In this document: in pieces, positions 1 to 9,967 of the stretch
How the letters are laid out: each line of letters starts with the position of its first letter
How positions within the stretch are numbered: the first letter of the stretch is position 1
From: Macrostomum lignano
Lineage: Eukaryota
DNA length: 28,576 nucleotides
Assembly: GCA_002269645.1 (NCBI GenBank)
Contig: NIVC01004322.1
Location: 1 to 28,576, forward strand
Reading direction: 5' to 3'
Notes under the pieces: model-generated
What the model saw: the letters and a program-made list of their open reading frames with translations, nothing else
Databases searched by the model: none
What the model was told of the DNA's origin: nothing
Position numbers and translations under genes: made by a program

Positions 1-1
1 G

Positions 2-511
<510 letters not shown>

Positions 512-655
512 GGGTCGCCGATGCCTCCACTGCGGACCTGCCGACTACTGGCGGGGACTGGGCGCACCCCAAGGCTAATCCTTGTGCTCTTTTACCTTGG
601 GGTTGCGATAGGGGCCTCGCGGCCTATTCGCGGCGCCTGCGCCCCCCGTCAGTAG

Positions 656-675
656 TAAGTAAGTAAGTAAGTAAG
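656..675 (+). repeat. (TAAG)5 3' tail of the LINE
   Basis: taagtaagtaagtaagtaag directly follows the structured 3' region. Confidence 0.9.
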
Positions 676-1163
676 AGGAAAATTAATGAGCAGCCATTTT
701 GCCGCAGATTTTGGCCCTAACGGACGTGAATCACTCAATAAGAATTGTTGTCAGGTTTATATTTTCCGTTAGTGCCCTTTAAATTCACGTCACACCCTTT
801 GTCGACGGTACAGAACGATTTCGTGTCATTAACAAATTTGAGTGAAATTATGTTTCAAATTTTCTATTTCTTAAGCTGTCAACTAAAATCAGGGACTTCT
901 ATGGGTCCTAGCTAGGTCCTACTTACCGTCTAGACAGAGCAGGCGGTGTACATGCATAGCTGAAGGTTAGGCCACAGACTAAATAATTGAGTTAGGTTTC
1001 TCTATAAAGTTCTGCCTTACTTATGGCACTCAGAAAGCAAATTTTACCGCAGCCTACTTCTTACATGTGTAGTCTCCTGGCCCTCTAATCAGTCAGTTTT
1101 GAAGTTTTTTTGAAAAATTAAATAAGCCAGAATTCGGAGGATCTGAAGCTGACTAGCTCTCAA

Positions 1164-1311
1164 GTGGTGAAGAACAAAACGAACCTGATTAAAAACTGGA
1201 ACCTTGTTCAAATGGCCGATGGAAATGAGAGTGCTTTAATCAGGCTCTACTTAACGGTCGAGTTGCTGGAGCGCATAAAAATTTGGACAAATTTGAAGGC
1301 ATGGAAGACCT
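1164..1311 (+). pseudogene. Possible decayed piggyBac-like transposase fragment, interrupted by the hAT MITE
   Basis: LYLTVELLERIKIWTNLKA resembles the piggyBac segment LFFTDEIISEIVKWTNAE (compared from memory). A stop follows soon after the MITE is removed. Short match only. Confidence 0.3.
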
Positions 1312-1697
1312 CAGGGGCGTCGCCACCGGGGAGACAGGGGGGACATGCCCCCATAGTAAAATCTATGGGGGAGGGACATGCCAATGCTTTTTCCCCCCAC
1401 CCCACCTTATGAACCGTTATGGAAATCAATAATTTTGCTTCAGGGCGACAAAATATAGAGCCTGCGGCACTAAAATGAGTGCCTACGGCGCTGAAATGAG
1501 TGCCTGTGGCGCTAAAATGAGTGCCTGCGGCGCTAAAATGGGTGCCTGCGGCGCTAAATGAGTGCCTGCGGCGCTAAAATGAGCGCTGACAACACCGATT
1601 CTTAAAATAATGTACATGTAGGAATTTAGTCATGTACACGTACATGTAGAGTTCTTGGATTTGTCCCCCCACCATAAAATCCATGGCGACGCCCCTG
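1312..1697. mobile_element. Non-autonomous hAT-family MITE, 386 bp
   Basis: Perfect 14-bp TIRs CAGGGGCGTCGCCA (1312-1325) / TGGCGACGCCCCTG (1684-1697) and perfect 8-bp TSD GAAGACCT (1304-1311, 1698-1705). Confidence 0.93.
1460..1584. repeat. About 6 x 21-bp internal tandem repeat of the MITE (GCCTGCGGCGCTAAAATGAGT)
   Basis: Six slightly variant copies read directly. Confidence 0.9.
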
Positions 1698-1963
1698 GAA
1701 GACCTACGACCCACGAAGGCACGTTAATAAATAGAGGTTAGTCATTAAATTTAATCTAGATTTTAGCTGTAGCTCCCAAGTTTCTGAGGATTAGCTATGC
1801 TTGCTAATCGCCACTTTCCGAATTAAATCTGAAAGGCGGATGCACACAAATTACTCGCAACAAAGTGGTTCAATCACATTTCTCTGTATTACAATCGTAA
1901 AGGTGAATAAGTGACCTCTATACACTGGCTAATCACTCAGCCTTAACTTAAACGGGCGCTCAC

Positions 1964-2155
1964 CAAACCGGTGATGCTGGGGGGCGGTCGGTAGCTCGGT
2001 TCCGTGATGGCAGCGTCAAATGTAATGGCATTCTGCGTGGCGACAATCTGGTCATTGAGACTGCAAGTATCCGGCAATGCCTGAATAACTGGGAGGCTGT
2101 GCCAACCGCTAAAAATCCACTGGTACTTTGGACCGTAGAGACCGAGCTCGTGAAT
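1964..2155 (-). CDS. GABA-B-like gene exon 6
   Basis: Acceptor ccccacag; IHELGLYGPKYQWIFSGWHSLPVIQALPDTCSLNDQIVATQNAITFDAAITEPSYRPPPSITGL; donor GTGAGC. Confidence 0.88.
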
Positions 2156-4061
2156 CTGTGGGGGTTTGAAGATCAGTTCACATGTTCAACTGACAGTCTG
2201 TCAATGTGTACTTTTTTAAACAGATGTTCCTGATTTTGCTTCTTGTTGTTCGTTTGTTAAGTTCCCTTTGTAGTAAAAAATATATATTTCCTAGCTTCTA
2301 GCATTCAATTTACTATTCGAAAGTAGATCTCAGTATTATAAATCCTAACAAATGACTCTTTTGAACGAGATTTCATGTCCATAAAATCTGAGCAATGCGA
2401 CCAACTTACAATACACGGTAGAGGGTCCACCTCGCTAGAACTGTAGCTGAACACCACGAAAATCCGAAAATCAGCCGCCTGAAACGGTGAAAAGCGTCAT
2501 CTGTCAGTGGTCGGGAAGTCATCATAACAAAGCAGCCATAAAACTTGCCTTCATTCTCATCAAACCATTACGAGCGGACGATTCAAATAGCAGTTTGTAG
2601 GCGCTGGTTCGGTTCTCTTTGAGAAAGGCGGCTTCAAACTGAATTCCAACCTGTCAGTTTGATTGATGGGCCGGACTAAATAAATTTTGGTAAAATAACA
2701 ACAACAATAGCAAAGAACTCTTATGGTTGAACATTAGTTCACTAAGTGCGCCTCAAGGCGTGGGCATGAAAATGCGGAACACACACGCCGAATACTCAGC
2801 ACTTCCAGTACCGGCTGTGGTCTATCAGCAAGGGTTTACCGAAGGCATAACAGGTCACTTGGATGGGCTCAGAGTCGATTTTGAGGGTCGATGCTTGACA
2901 CTTGCGGCACTCGACTTTGCTGTTCAAGTGGGTCCTGTTGCTTGTGTTCGGTTAAAAACAACGGTTAAAATTTTTGGCCACTCAAAACAACGGCCACTCA
3001 CCCACCCACCCAAATCCTCAATTGCTTGGCTACTCAAATAATCCTCAATTTCTGGGTTATCCGCCACCTACCCAGATCCTCAGTTGCTGGGCCATCCGCC
3101 ACCTACCCAGATCCTCAGTTGCTGGGCCCCTGCCTCCCTCCCCTCAAGCTACCAAACGTGCTTCTTCGCTACTTGCCGGATAGATTTGATCAGCCTCCGT
3201 GATGAGCAGCCCAATCCGACGCCATTTATACCTGCGCAGGATATTCAGTATGGCAGGATTGTACAGGCTGTGGGTCAGCTGAAGTCGCCCGTAAGTTGGG
3301 TACACGGACTTGTCGGAGAGTAGCGGTGAAGCATTTGTGTATGACAGCTGCAATAGGAAAGGTTATTAGAGAGTGAGGATTGCATTTTTAGGAAATAAAT
3401 TTCGATAAGGAAATTTGTCAATACCTTAAAATCCGTACTTAGCATTAGTATGTGTCAATTACAACAATATAGTGCTATTTACAATTTATCATCTAATTCG
3501 CGTGCTTTTGTTCTAAGTACTTGTGTTTTTTCTTCTTTATTGGCTAGTGATTCTTCTAAAAGCAATGAAAAATTCTAGCAAGAACTTACCACTGGCACGT
3601 CGTAGTATCGAGCGATGGACGAAACCACCTGGGACTGCGGCGAATAAGCCATGCCCAGTATGGCGACTTTGGTTGGCGGCTTGAAGTAGCCGTCAATGAA
3701 GGCCTTGATAGCACTGCCAGTGTCATCCTTGCGATTGTTGCAATCAAATTACAGTTACAGAGGCCATATAATTGAACAATATTATTACAGATTACAATGC
3801 TAACCCTAAGAAACTCACGTCATTGGCGCACCGATAGTAAATCTTCAGCCGGAAATCCGGAAACATGTCGACTCGCTCGTTGAGAAGAGGCTCCAGGGCG
3901 GTCAAAGCGAACTGGTGCTGCGCCCACGGAGGACTGCCCGAAGTGCACAGGTTCAGCAGAGCAACTTCGGTGCGATTGTCAGCAGCTGGCTGACCTGGCG
4001 ATGACGTAATTGAGAGTAACACAAGAAGAAGACGAGGTATAATGTCTCTAGAGTGCCACAT
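1964..4061 (-). CDS. GABA-B receptor-like class C GPCR, N-terminal Venus flytrap domain; exons 4061-3819, 3727-3590, 3347-3177, 2650-2549, 2478-2410, 2155-1964 (305 aa, 3' incomplete)
   Basis: All six exons join in phase 0 into one open frame, colinear with GABA-B ectodomain motifs: PPTKVAILG, LSYTNASPLLSDKSVYPTYGR (cf. [21 protein letters not shown]), KWRRIG (cf. GWKKIA), ADFRIFV (cf. QDARIIVG), LYGPKYQWIFSGW (cf. LFGKKYVWFLIGW), SITGL. Orthology to GABBR1/2 is not established. Confidence 0.88.
2410..2478 (-). CDS. GABA-B-like gene exon 5
   Basis: Acceptor ttttcaccgtttcag; AADFRIFVVFSYSSSEVDPLPCI; donor GTAAGT. Confidence 0.85.
2549..2650 (-). CDS. GABA-B-like gene exon 4
   Basis: Acceptor ctgacag; VGIQFEAAFLKENRTSAYKLLFESSARNGLMRMK; donor AAG|GCAAGT (GC type). 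Confidence 0.8.
3003..3126. repeat. Short 35-bp-period minisatellite in intron 3 (ATCCGCCACCTACCCAGATCCTCAGTTGCTGGGCC)
   Basis: ATCCTCA core at 3014, 3041, 3076 and 3111; two near-identical copies plus degenerate upstream copies. Confidence 0.8.
3177..3347 (-). CDS. GABA-B-like gene exon 3
   Basis: Acceptor tttcctattgcag; LSYTNASPLLSDKSVYPTYGRLQLTHSLYNPAILNILRRYKWRRIGLLITEADQIYP; donor GCAAGT (GC type). Confidence 0.88.
3590..3727 (-). CDS. GABA-B-like gene exon 2
   Basis: DDTGSAIKAFIDGYFKPPTKVAILGMAYSPQSQVVSSIARYYDVPV; acceptor is AAG (the only AG near the exon); donor GTAAGT. Confidence 0.85.
3819..4061 (-). CDS. GABA-B-like gene exon 1 (signal peptide)
   Basis: ATG at 4061; MWHSRDIIPRLLLVLLSITSSPG...PDFRLKIYYRCAND; donor GTGAGT at 3818. 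Confidence 0.8.
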
Positions 4062-5015
4062 GTCTAAGTCTGTTACGAAACAAGACAAAAGATAGCTTAT
4101 TTCCTCTAAGCTTCTTCATGCGAGCCTATTTATCAGCCATCCTGCTCAAACAGCGAGTATTCGGGCAGCTCTTTACTAATTGGCTCCAAGAGAGACGAGT
4201 TCCTCCATTTTCTGAGTAGATACGATTCTTCTACCTGTAGCAAGTGATTGACGCGTACGTGCCTACTAAAAAGTAGTTCCATGCGAATAAAATACCAGCA
4301 CACACGATTATAATTTTGCACCTTAAAGGAGTCCGTAGTTAAACTTTGCATGTTGTCTTTCCGATTTGCCGACTTTGAAGTTTGGCAGCCATTCAAGTTT
4401 CAACTTATGCCGTATGATTTTAATGACGTAAAACAGTTTGTTTAAAATGAGGGCATCAACGTTACCCCCCACGAAGGACGTAGTGTGATAGCACCGGATA
4501 CACGCATAGGTAGGCACATTGCTGCATGTTTTAAATTAGCTCAGTCAGTGACAGTCACTCGGCCAATCTGACGAAGCACCGGTTTTTAGTATGCTTTCTG
4601 TGAAAGCGTACGTACAGGACATGTTACAGCATATGTATCAACAAGCTCGAGAGGATGATGCAAATCTCGTAGTGATTGTTTATTCAAGCGTTTTGCCAAT
4701 TTATATTTATGTACCTAAGCTATAGCCACCCTGATTGACTGCAGCAAGCAATACTCATGCAACGTCAGCTGCGCTGGAATGGCCTCAGAAGAAGGTACAA
4801 AAATGTATCACAGCTAAAGAGCTTTTGAAGGTAGCTCGGGGAACAGGATAATGTTGCTGACTGGGAAGCATCAGATTGCATTGAATGACTGATAGGGTTA
4901 CCAGATAATTGGAATTCATAGTGCACACCATGGGCGCCCCAAAGAGGTCAAATAGTCGTGATCAAGGGGGCATCGCCTTGAAAAATCAGGGGCCAGGATT
5001 TCTCTTTAGAGACCA

Positions 5016-5379
5016 CCCCTGGTGCTGGCGCCCCTGGTGCTGGCGCCCCTGGTGCTGGCGCCCCTGGTGCTGGCGCCCCTGGTGCTGGCGCCCCTGGTGC
5101 TGGCGCCCCTGGTGCTGGCGCCCCTGGTGCTGGCGCCCCTGGTGCTGGCGCCCCTGGTGCTGGCGCCCTGGTGCTGGCGCCCCTGGTGCTGGCGCCCCTG
5201 GTGCTGGCGCCCCTGGTGCTGGCGCCCCTGGTGCTGGCGCCCCTGGTGCTGGCGCCCCTGGTGCTGGCGCCCCTGGTGCTGGCGCCCCTGGTGCTGGCGC
5301 CCCTGGTGCTGGCGCCCCTGGTGCTGGCGCCCCTGGTGCTGGCGCCCCTGGTGCTGGCGCCCCTGGTGCTGGCGCCCCT
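5016..5379. repeat. 15-bp GC-rich tandem array (CCCCTGGTGCTGGCG) x about 24
   Basis: Read directly; one unit near 5165 lacks a C. Confidence 0.97.
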
Positions 5380-6771
5380 GGCCGCTAAAGTCCCTAAAGT
5401 CCCTGGCCGCTAAAGTCCCTAAAGTCCCTGGCCGCTAAAGTCCCTAAAGTCCCTGGCCGCTAAAGTCCCTAAAGTCCCTGGCCGCTAAAGTCCCTAAAGT
5501 CCCTGGCCGCTAAAGTCCCTGGCCGCTAAAGTCCCTGGCCGCTAAAGTCCCTGGCCGCTAAAGTCCCTGGCCGCTAAAGTCCCTGGCCGCTAAAGTCCCT
5601 GGCCGCTAAAGTCCCTGGCCGCTAAAGTCCCTGGCCGCTAAAGTCCCTGGCCGCTAAAGTCCCTGGCCGCTAAAGTCCCTGGCCGCTAAAGTCCCTGGCC
5701 GCTAAAGTCCCTGGCCGCTAAAGTCCCTGGCCGCTAAAGTCCCTGGCCGCTAAAGTCCCTGGCCGCTAAAGTCCCTGGCCGCTAAAGTCCCTGGCCGCTA
5801 AAGTCCCTGGCCGCTAAAGTCCCTGGCCGCTAAAGTCCCTGGCCGCTAAAGTCCCTGGCCGCTAAAGTCCCTGGCCGCTAAAGTCCCTGGCCGCTAAAGT
5901 CCCTGGCCGCTAAAGTCCCTGGCCGCTAAAGTCCCTGGCCGCTAAAGTCCCTGGCCGCTAAAGTCCCTGGCCGCTAAAGTCCCTGGCCGCTAAAGTCCCT
6001 GGCCGCTAAAGTCCCTGGCCGCTAAAGTCCCTGGCCGCTAAAGTCCCTGGCCGCTAAAGTCCCTGGCCGCTAAAGTCCCTGGCCGCTAAAGTCCCTGGCC
6101 GCTAAAGTCCCTGGCCGCTAAAGTCCCTGGCCGCTAAAGTCCCTGGCCGCTAAAGTCCCTGGCCGCTAAAGTCCCTGGCCGCTAAAGTCCCTGGCCGCTA
6201 AAGTCCCTGGCCGCTAAAGTCCCTGGCCGCTAAAGTCCCTGGCCGCTAAAGTCCCTGGCCGCTAAAGTCCCTGGCCGCTAAAGTCCCTGGCCGCTAAAGT
6301 CCCTGGCCGCTAAAGTCCCTGGCCGCTAAAGTCCCTGGCCGCTAAAGTCCCTGGCCGCTAAAGTCCCTGGCCGCTAAAGTCCCTGGCCGCTAAAGTCCCT
6401 GGCCGCTAAAGTCCCTGGCCGCTAAAGTCCCTGGCCGCTAAAGTCCCTGGCCGCTAAAGTCCCTGGCCGCTAAAGTCCCTGGCCGCTAAAGTCCCTGGCC
6501 GCTAAAGTCCCTGGCCGCTAAAGTCCCTGGCCGCTAAAGTCCCTGGCCGCTAAAGTCCCTGGCCGCTAAAGTCCCTGGCCGCTAAAGTCCCTGGCCGCTA
6601 AAGTCCCTGGCCGCTAAAGTCCCTGGCCGCTAAAGTCCCTGGCCGCTAAAGTCCCTGGCCGCTAAAGTCCCTGGCCGCTAAAGTCCCTGGCCGCTAAAGT
6701 CCCTAGCCGCTAAAGTCCCTGGCCGCTAAAGTCCCTGGCCGCTAAAGTCCCTGGCCGCTAAACTAAAGTCC
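5380..6771. repeat. Compound array: 5 x 25 bp (GGCCGCTAAAGTCCCTAAAGTCCCT, 5380-5504), then about 79 x 16 bp (GGCCGCTAAAGTCCCT)
   Basis: Read directly; one G>A variant at about 6705. Confidence 0.97.
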
Positions 6772-7087
6772 ACCCAAGGAACTCAAGCCAACTCTCTGAT
6801 ATCTTTGGCGTCTCCCGAAACAAAAAATGTAAAATTTTGGATAAAATTCCCGTCGCCCTTGCGATGACGCATCACTTATTTTAACATAATATGCATTACA
6901 TTATTCAGACTCCCGGACTGGGCGCAATGAAGGAGAGCGTCATCTTGATTAGGCACGACACGATTCATAATGAAAACAGTGACGCCTACGAGCGTAAATT
7001 GCTTGAACGGACGTGAATCTTATCCTTTCTATTCGTAAGCAAAGCATGTTACAAATAGGAAGTTCTCTTTTGCTGCTGCATCATGCT

Positions 7088-7316
7088 TAGGGATTCCAAA
7101 ATCCCGACATTTTACAATCCCGGGATTGAATAGTCCCGAAATCCCGATGCTGTTGAAATCCCGGGATTCAAAATCCCGGAATCCCGGTGCTTTTGCAATC
7201 CCGGGATTAAAAATCCCGGGATTCGATTCCCAAAAAAATCCCGGGATTCAAATCCCGGATTTTTGGCCCCAATCCCGGGATCCCGGGATCCCGGGATCCC
7301 GGGATTGGAATCCCTA
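7088..7316. mobile_element. Non-autonomous hAT-family MITE, 229 bp, rich in ATCCCGGGAT palindromes
   Basis: TIRs TAGGGATTCCA (7088-7098) / TGGAATCCCTA (7306-7316); perfect 8-bp TSD ATCATGCT (7080-7087, 7317-7324). Confidence 0.93.
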
Positions 7317-8636
7317 ATCATGCTCAGGCCCGTCCAAGTCAAAGCCGAAAATGTAATGAAAAATTGACCGCAAGACAAAGCTTGTGGCTTATAAGATACA
7401 ATAGAATCGTTATACACGCTCAAGAGATGAGCATAGCAATAGTTTTTGTCCATATATAGTCTCTACCTCACTGTGTTGAGAGATTTTATTTAAAACTACC
7501 CTAAATACGCACTGCCCATTGTATCGAAGCAATATGCGCTCAGCCTCAGTTTTACACTAGCTAAAGCAGAGACTATGATCGAAATATAAAAGTGGCCACG
7601 AGGCAAACGCAGCAAGAGGTCCGCCAGGGCACACGACCACGTACGCACAGGCACAGCTAGCACACTCTCACACATCATCCGTTGCCTGCCTCTCATTTCA
7701 AACAAACAGACCAACCCAACCCTGAGGGGCCTTTGCTCCAAGTTCATTATTCACAGCGAGAAACTGGTTTTACTTCGCCCGCGCCCGCGATGCGTGGCGT
7801 GGCCCGTGAGGGGGTGGGTTTGGGTTGGATAGAAAAGCTTTATATAGATAGTTAGGTCAGCAAACTCAGGCGAAACGAAACGGAAGGCCCAGCTAAACGG
7901 CCCGAGAATGGTTTGTTTTCTCTAGCGCGCGCATTGTGAGCGAACCGCGCTCTCTGGTGGGGTTGGGGTTGGATTTGTGCCTCAAGGAGGGGCTGAAATG
8001 TACATTGAATCTCTTCCCCGCTCCGACGCTGGTTTTTAATTGCTAAAACTGAACCACGCCCAAGCCGCCACGCGCCATTTCTATCCACCTTGCAGCAACA
8101 GCTCTCAGTCGCAGCCAGGCAATGTACATTGGGCCGCGTTAAATTGTACACTGCACCAAAAGCGCAGTGTCTTAATCTTGAAAACCCAATGTCCCGGCAG
8201 TTTACGACACCCCACTATCCAAGCCACAGATTTGCGCCTCTCTGTCCAGCCCGCAGCCCCGCAACCCCCCCCCCAACCGTTTTGACCTGGCCTTTTATTA
8301 TACACCAAAGCCTAAACGAGAGGAAGGCAAAAAAGGGCGCGTTCTTAAGCGAGCATAGCCAGCTACTCTCTTGAAAACAGCGAGCCGAATGCAGAGTTTT
8401 TATCTATCGCTTTATTTCTAACTGCTTAAGTTTTTGGTGTACAGCGCGAGTGCAACCAGTTGAATAGAGTAGGCGCTTCTTTAAGTAAAATAGCTCGAGG
8501 TTCGGATAGTAAGGCGAAAGTTGAAACACGCTTTTGCTTCGGTTGGTTTACCTCTCGGATTCTCATATTGAAGAATAGCCAGCATCCACCAACAACTACA
8601 ACAGCGTACAGTTGTAGCTGTGCTGTGCATCCGTAC

Positions 8637-8720
8637 CGTAGTACTCAAGCTGCACAACTGAACTTCTCTCTGCTGTTTTTTGTTATTCTGCATCAACTTG
8701 AGACGTCTGGACATCCAGGG
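8637..8720 (-). CDS. Candidate exon 3 of the unidentified minus-strand gene
   Basis: Acceptor aaatttctttactag; only phase 0 is open (PWMSRRLKLMQNNKKQQREVQLCSLSTT), matching the phase of the previous exon; donor ACG|GTACGG. No homology recognised. Confidence 0.3.
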
Positions 8721-9260
8721 CTAGTAAAGAAATTTTATATTAGCAAGAACCGTTGCTGCACAGCGCCTGCATGCATCCTTGAGCCCAGTTAAATCAAAAT
8801 TTCGAGACCCGGAGACCAGTAAACTGTGACAAAATGTAAGTTTAAAATTCTGTTGACCTAATTAAGATATGCAGTTCGATGTTAAAATAAATAATTTTCG
8901 TTCTTTTAGTGCACTTGCCATGTCTCTTGGCTTGCTTATACTCGTATCTAATTGTAATACTACAGTTTAATGCTACCATACTATTAGATAAAGAGGTTCC
9001 ACCGTTTTCTTTATTTTAGTTTGAAGGCTGAGACTGAGTGCAGGTGCCCAGGCCTCTCTGGGCTCCAGCCGTATCTCTTGAGCTGTTCCTTCCGCAGTTC
9101 GTGTCTTCCCAGTTTAGGATTAATAGTATTTTAATTCTTAGCTCTGATTGCCCGGGAAATTTCTGTTTGTGTAACTGGTACAAGACATTGTGTTTATAGC
9201 TATGTATTTATAATCAATATAATGCATCATTAAGTATGACCTACTCAAAAATTTCTTAGA

Positions 9261-9328
9261 GCTGCGACACCCAGAAAATGGTCACGCGACCCCACTGGGG
9301 GTCGCGACCCACAGGTTGAGAACCACTG
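9261..9328. mobile_element. Orphan terminal fragment of a Charlie/MER-type hAT element
   Basis: Ends GGGTCGCGACCCACAGGTTGAGAACCACTG (reverse complement of a CAGTGGTTCTCAACC-type TIR); subterminal hairpin CGCGACCCC-actg-GGGGTCGCG; followed by ACTTAAAG (central TA). No partner TIR found. Confidence 0.7.
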
Positions 9329-9338
9329 ACTTAAAGAA

Positions 9339-9425
9339 CTATAGATTTAGTGCCTCTATCTCCCGTAGTATCTATAGATTTGGTGCCCACATCTCCCGTA
9401 GTATCTATAGATTTGGTGCCCCTAT
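9339..9425. repeat. About 2.6 x 33-bp tandem repeat (CTATAGATTTGGTGCCCACATCTCCCGTAGTAT)
   Basis: CTATAGATTT at 9339, 9372 and 9405. Confidence 0.85.
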
Positions 9426-9838
9426 GTTATCAGTGATGACCCAAAACAAAGAAATGACGCACATCGTAGGGGATACCCGACAGGCCACATCACAGATATG
9501 ACACTCCAAAAAATATATCCGACCAGAATATTTCGAAATATGACACATAAAAGTTTCGCAAAAAACTATAAATTTTGCATTACATGCTACTAATAGTAGA
9601 AATGCGAAAATAATTCGATCGCAGCTCCAAAGGGTTTCAAATAAATCGCATTAGACACAAGTCCAGCTATTTTAGTTATATATATTATTTACTTGCAAAT
9701 TTTATAATTATATTTTATGTGCATACGAATTTTAGTTATAATTAATAAGTTTTCAAATATTATATTATCTTTACATGTTTCACATGTTAGAAAATAGTTA
9801 TATTAGCATGTTGAAATAGTGCATTGGTAGGCAGTCAC

Positions 9839-9952
9839 CGAATGGGCAAATGTACTCCTGCCGGCATGCGACTTGGGCCGCTCAGCTGGGCCGGGCGGCT
9901 GCTGGGCTGCGGTGGGCGGCTGCTCAGCTGATCCGGGCTGTGACGCATCGGT
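9839..9952 (-). CDS. Exon 2 of an unidentified minus-strand gene (Pro/Gln/Ala-rich)
   Basis: Acceptor atttctctactcag; 38 open codons TDASQPGSAEQPPTAAQQPPGPAERPKSHAGRSTFAHS; donor GTGACT; a GC-rich island in AT-rich flanks; in phase with exon 1. Confidence 0.6.
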
Positions 9953-9967
9953 CTGAGTAGAGAAATT

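Noticed and set aside
2727-3041. 104-aa plus-strand ORF, and minus-strand HLNSKVECRKC...YWKC frame, in intron 3
   Set aside because: No recognisable family or consistent splice sites; not needed for the receptor model, whose spacing already matches without it.
4909-5438. ORFs with (WCWRP)n, (PGAGA)n and (LAPLV)n resembling silk, elastin or collagen
   Set aside because: Translations of a stop-free 15-bp DNA repeat, open in all three frames with no synonymous variation.
719-7019. Shared 14-mer AACGGACGTGAATC (719-732, 7006-7019) and 12-mer GGACTGGGCGCA (LINE 3' end and about 6916)
   Set aside because: No extension beyond the seeds; matches this short are plausible by chance in about 10 kb of unique sequence.
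7325-7340. CAGGCCCGTCC as the left TIR of another hAT element
   Set aside because: No matching GGACGGGCCTG end or TSD found in the window.
7112-7453. 113-aa and 63-aa ORFs with RDPGIPG repeats
   Set aside because: They lie over the palindromic MITE.
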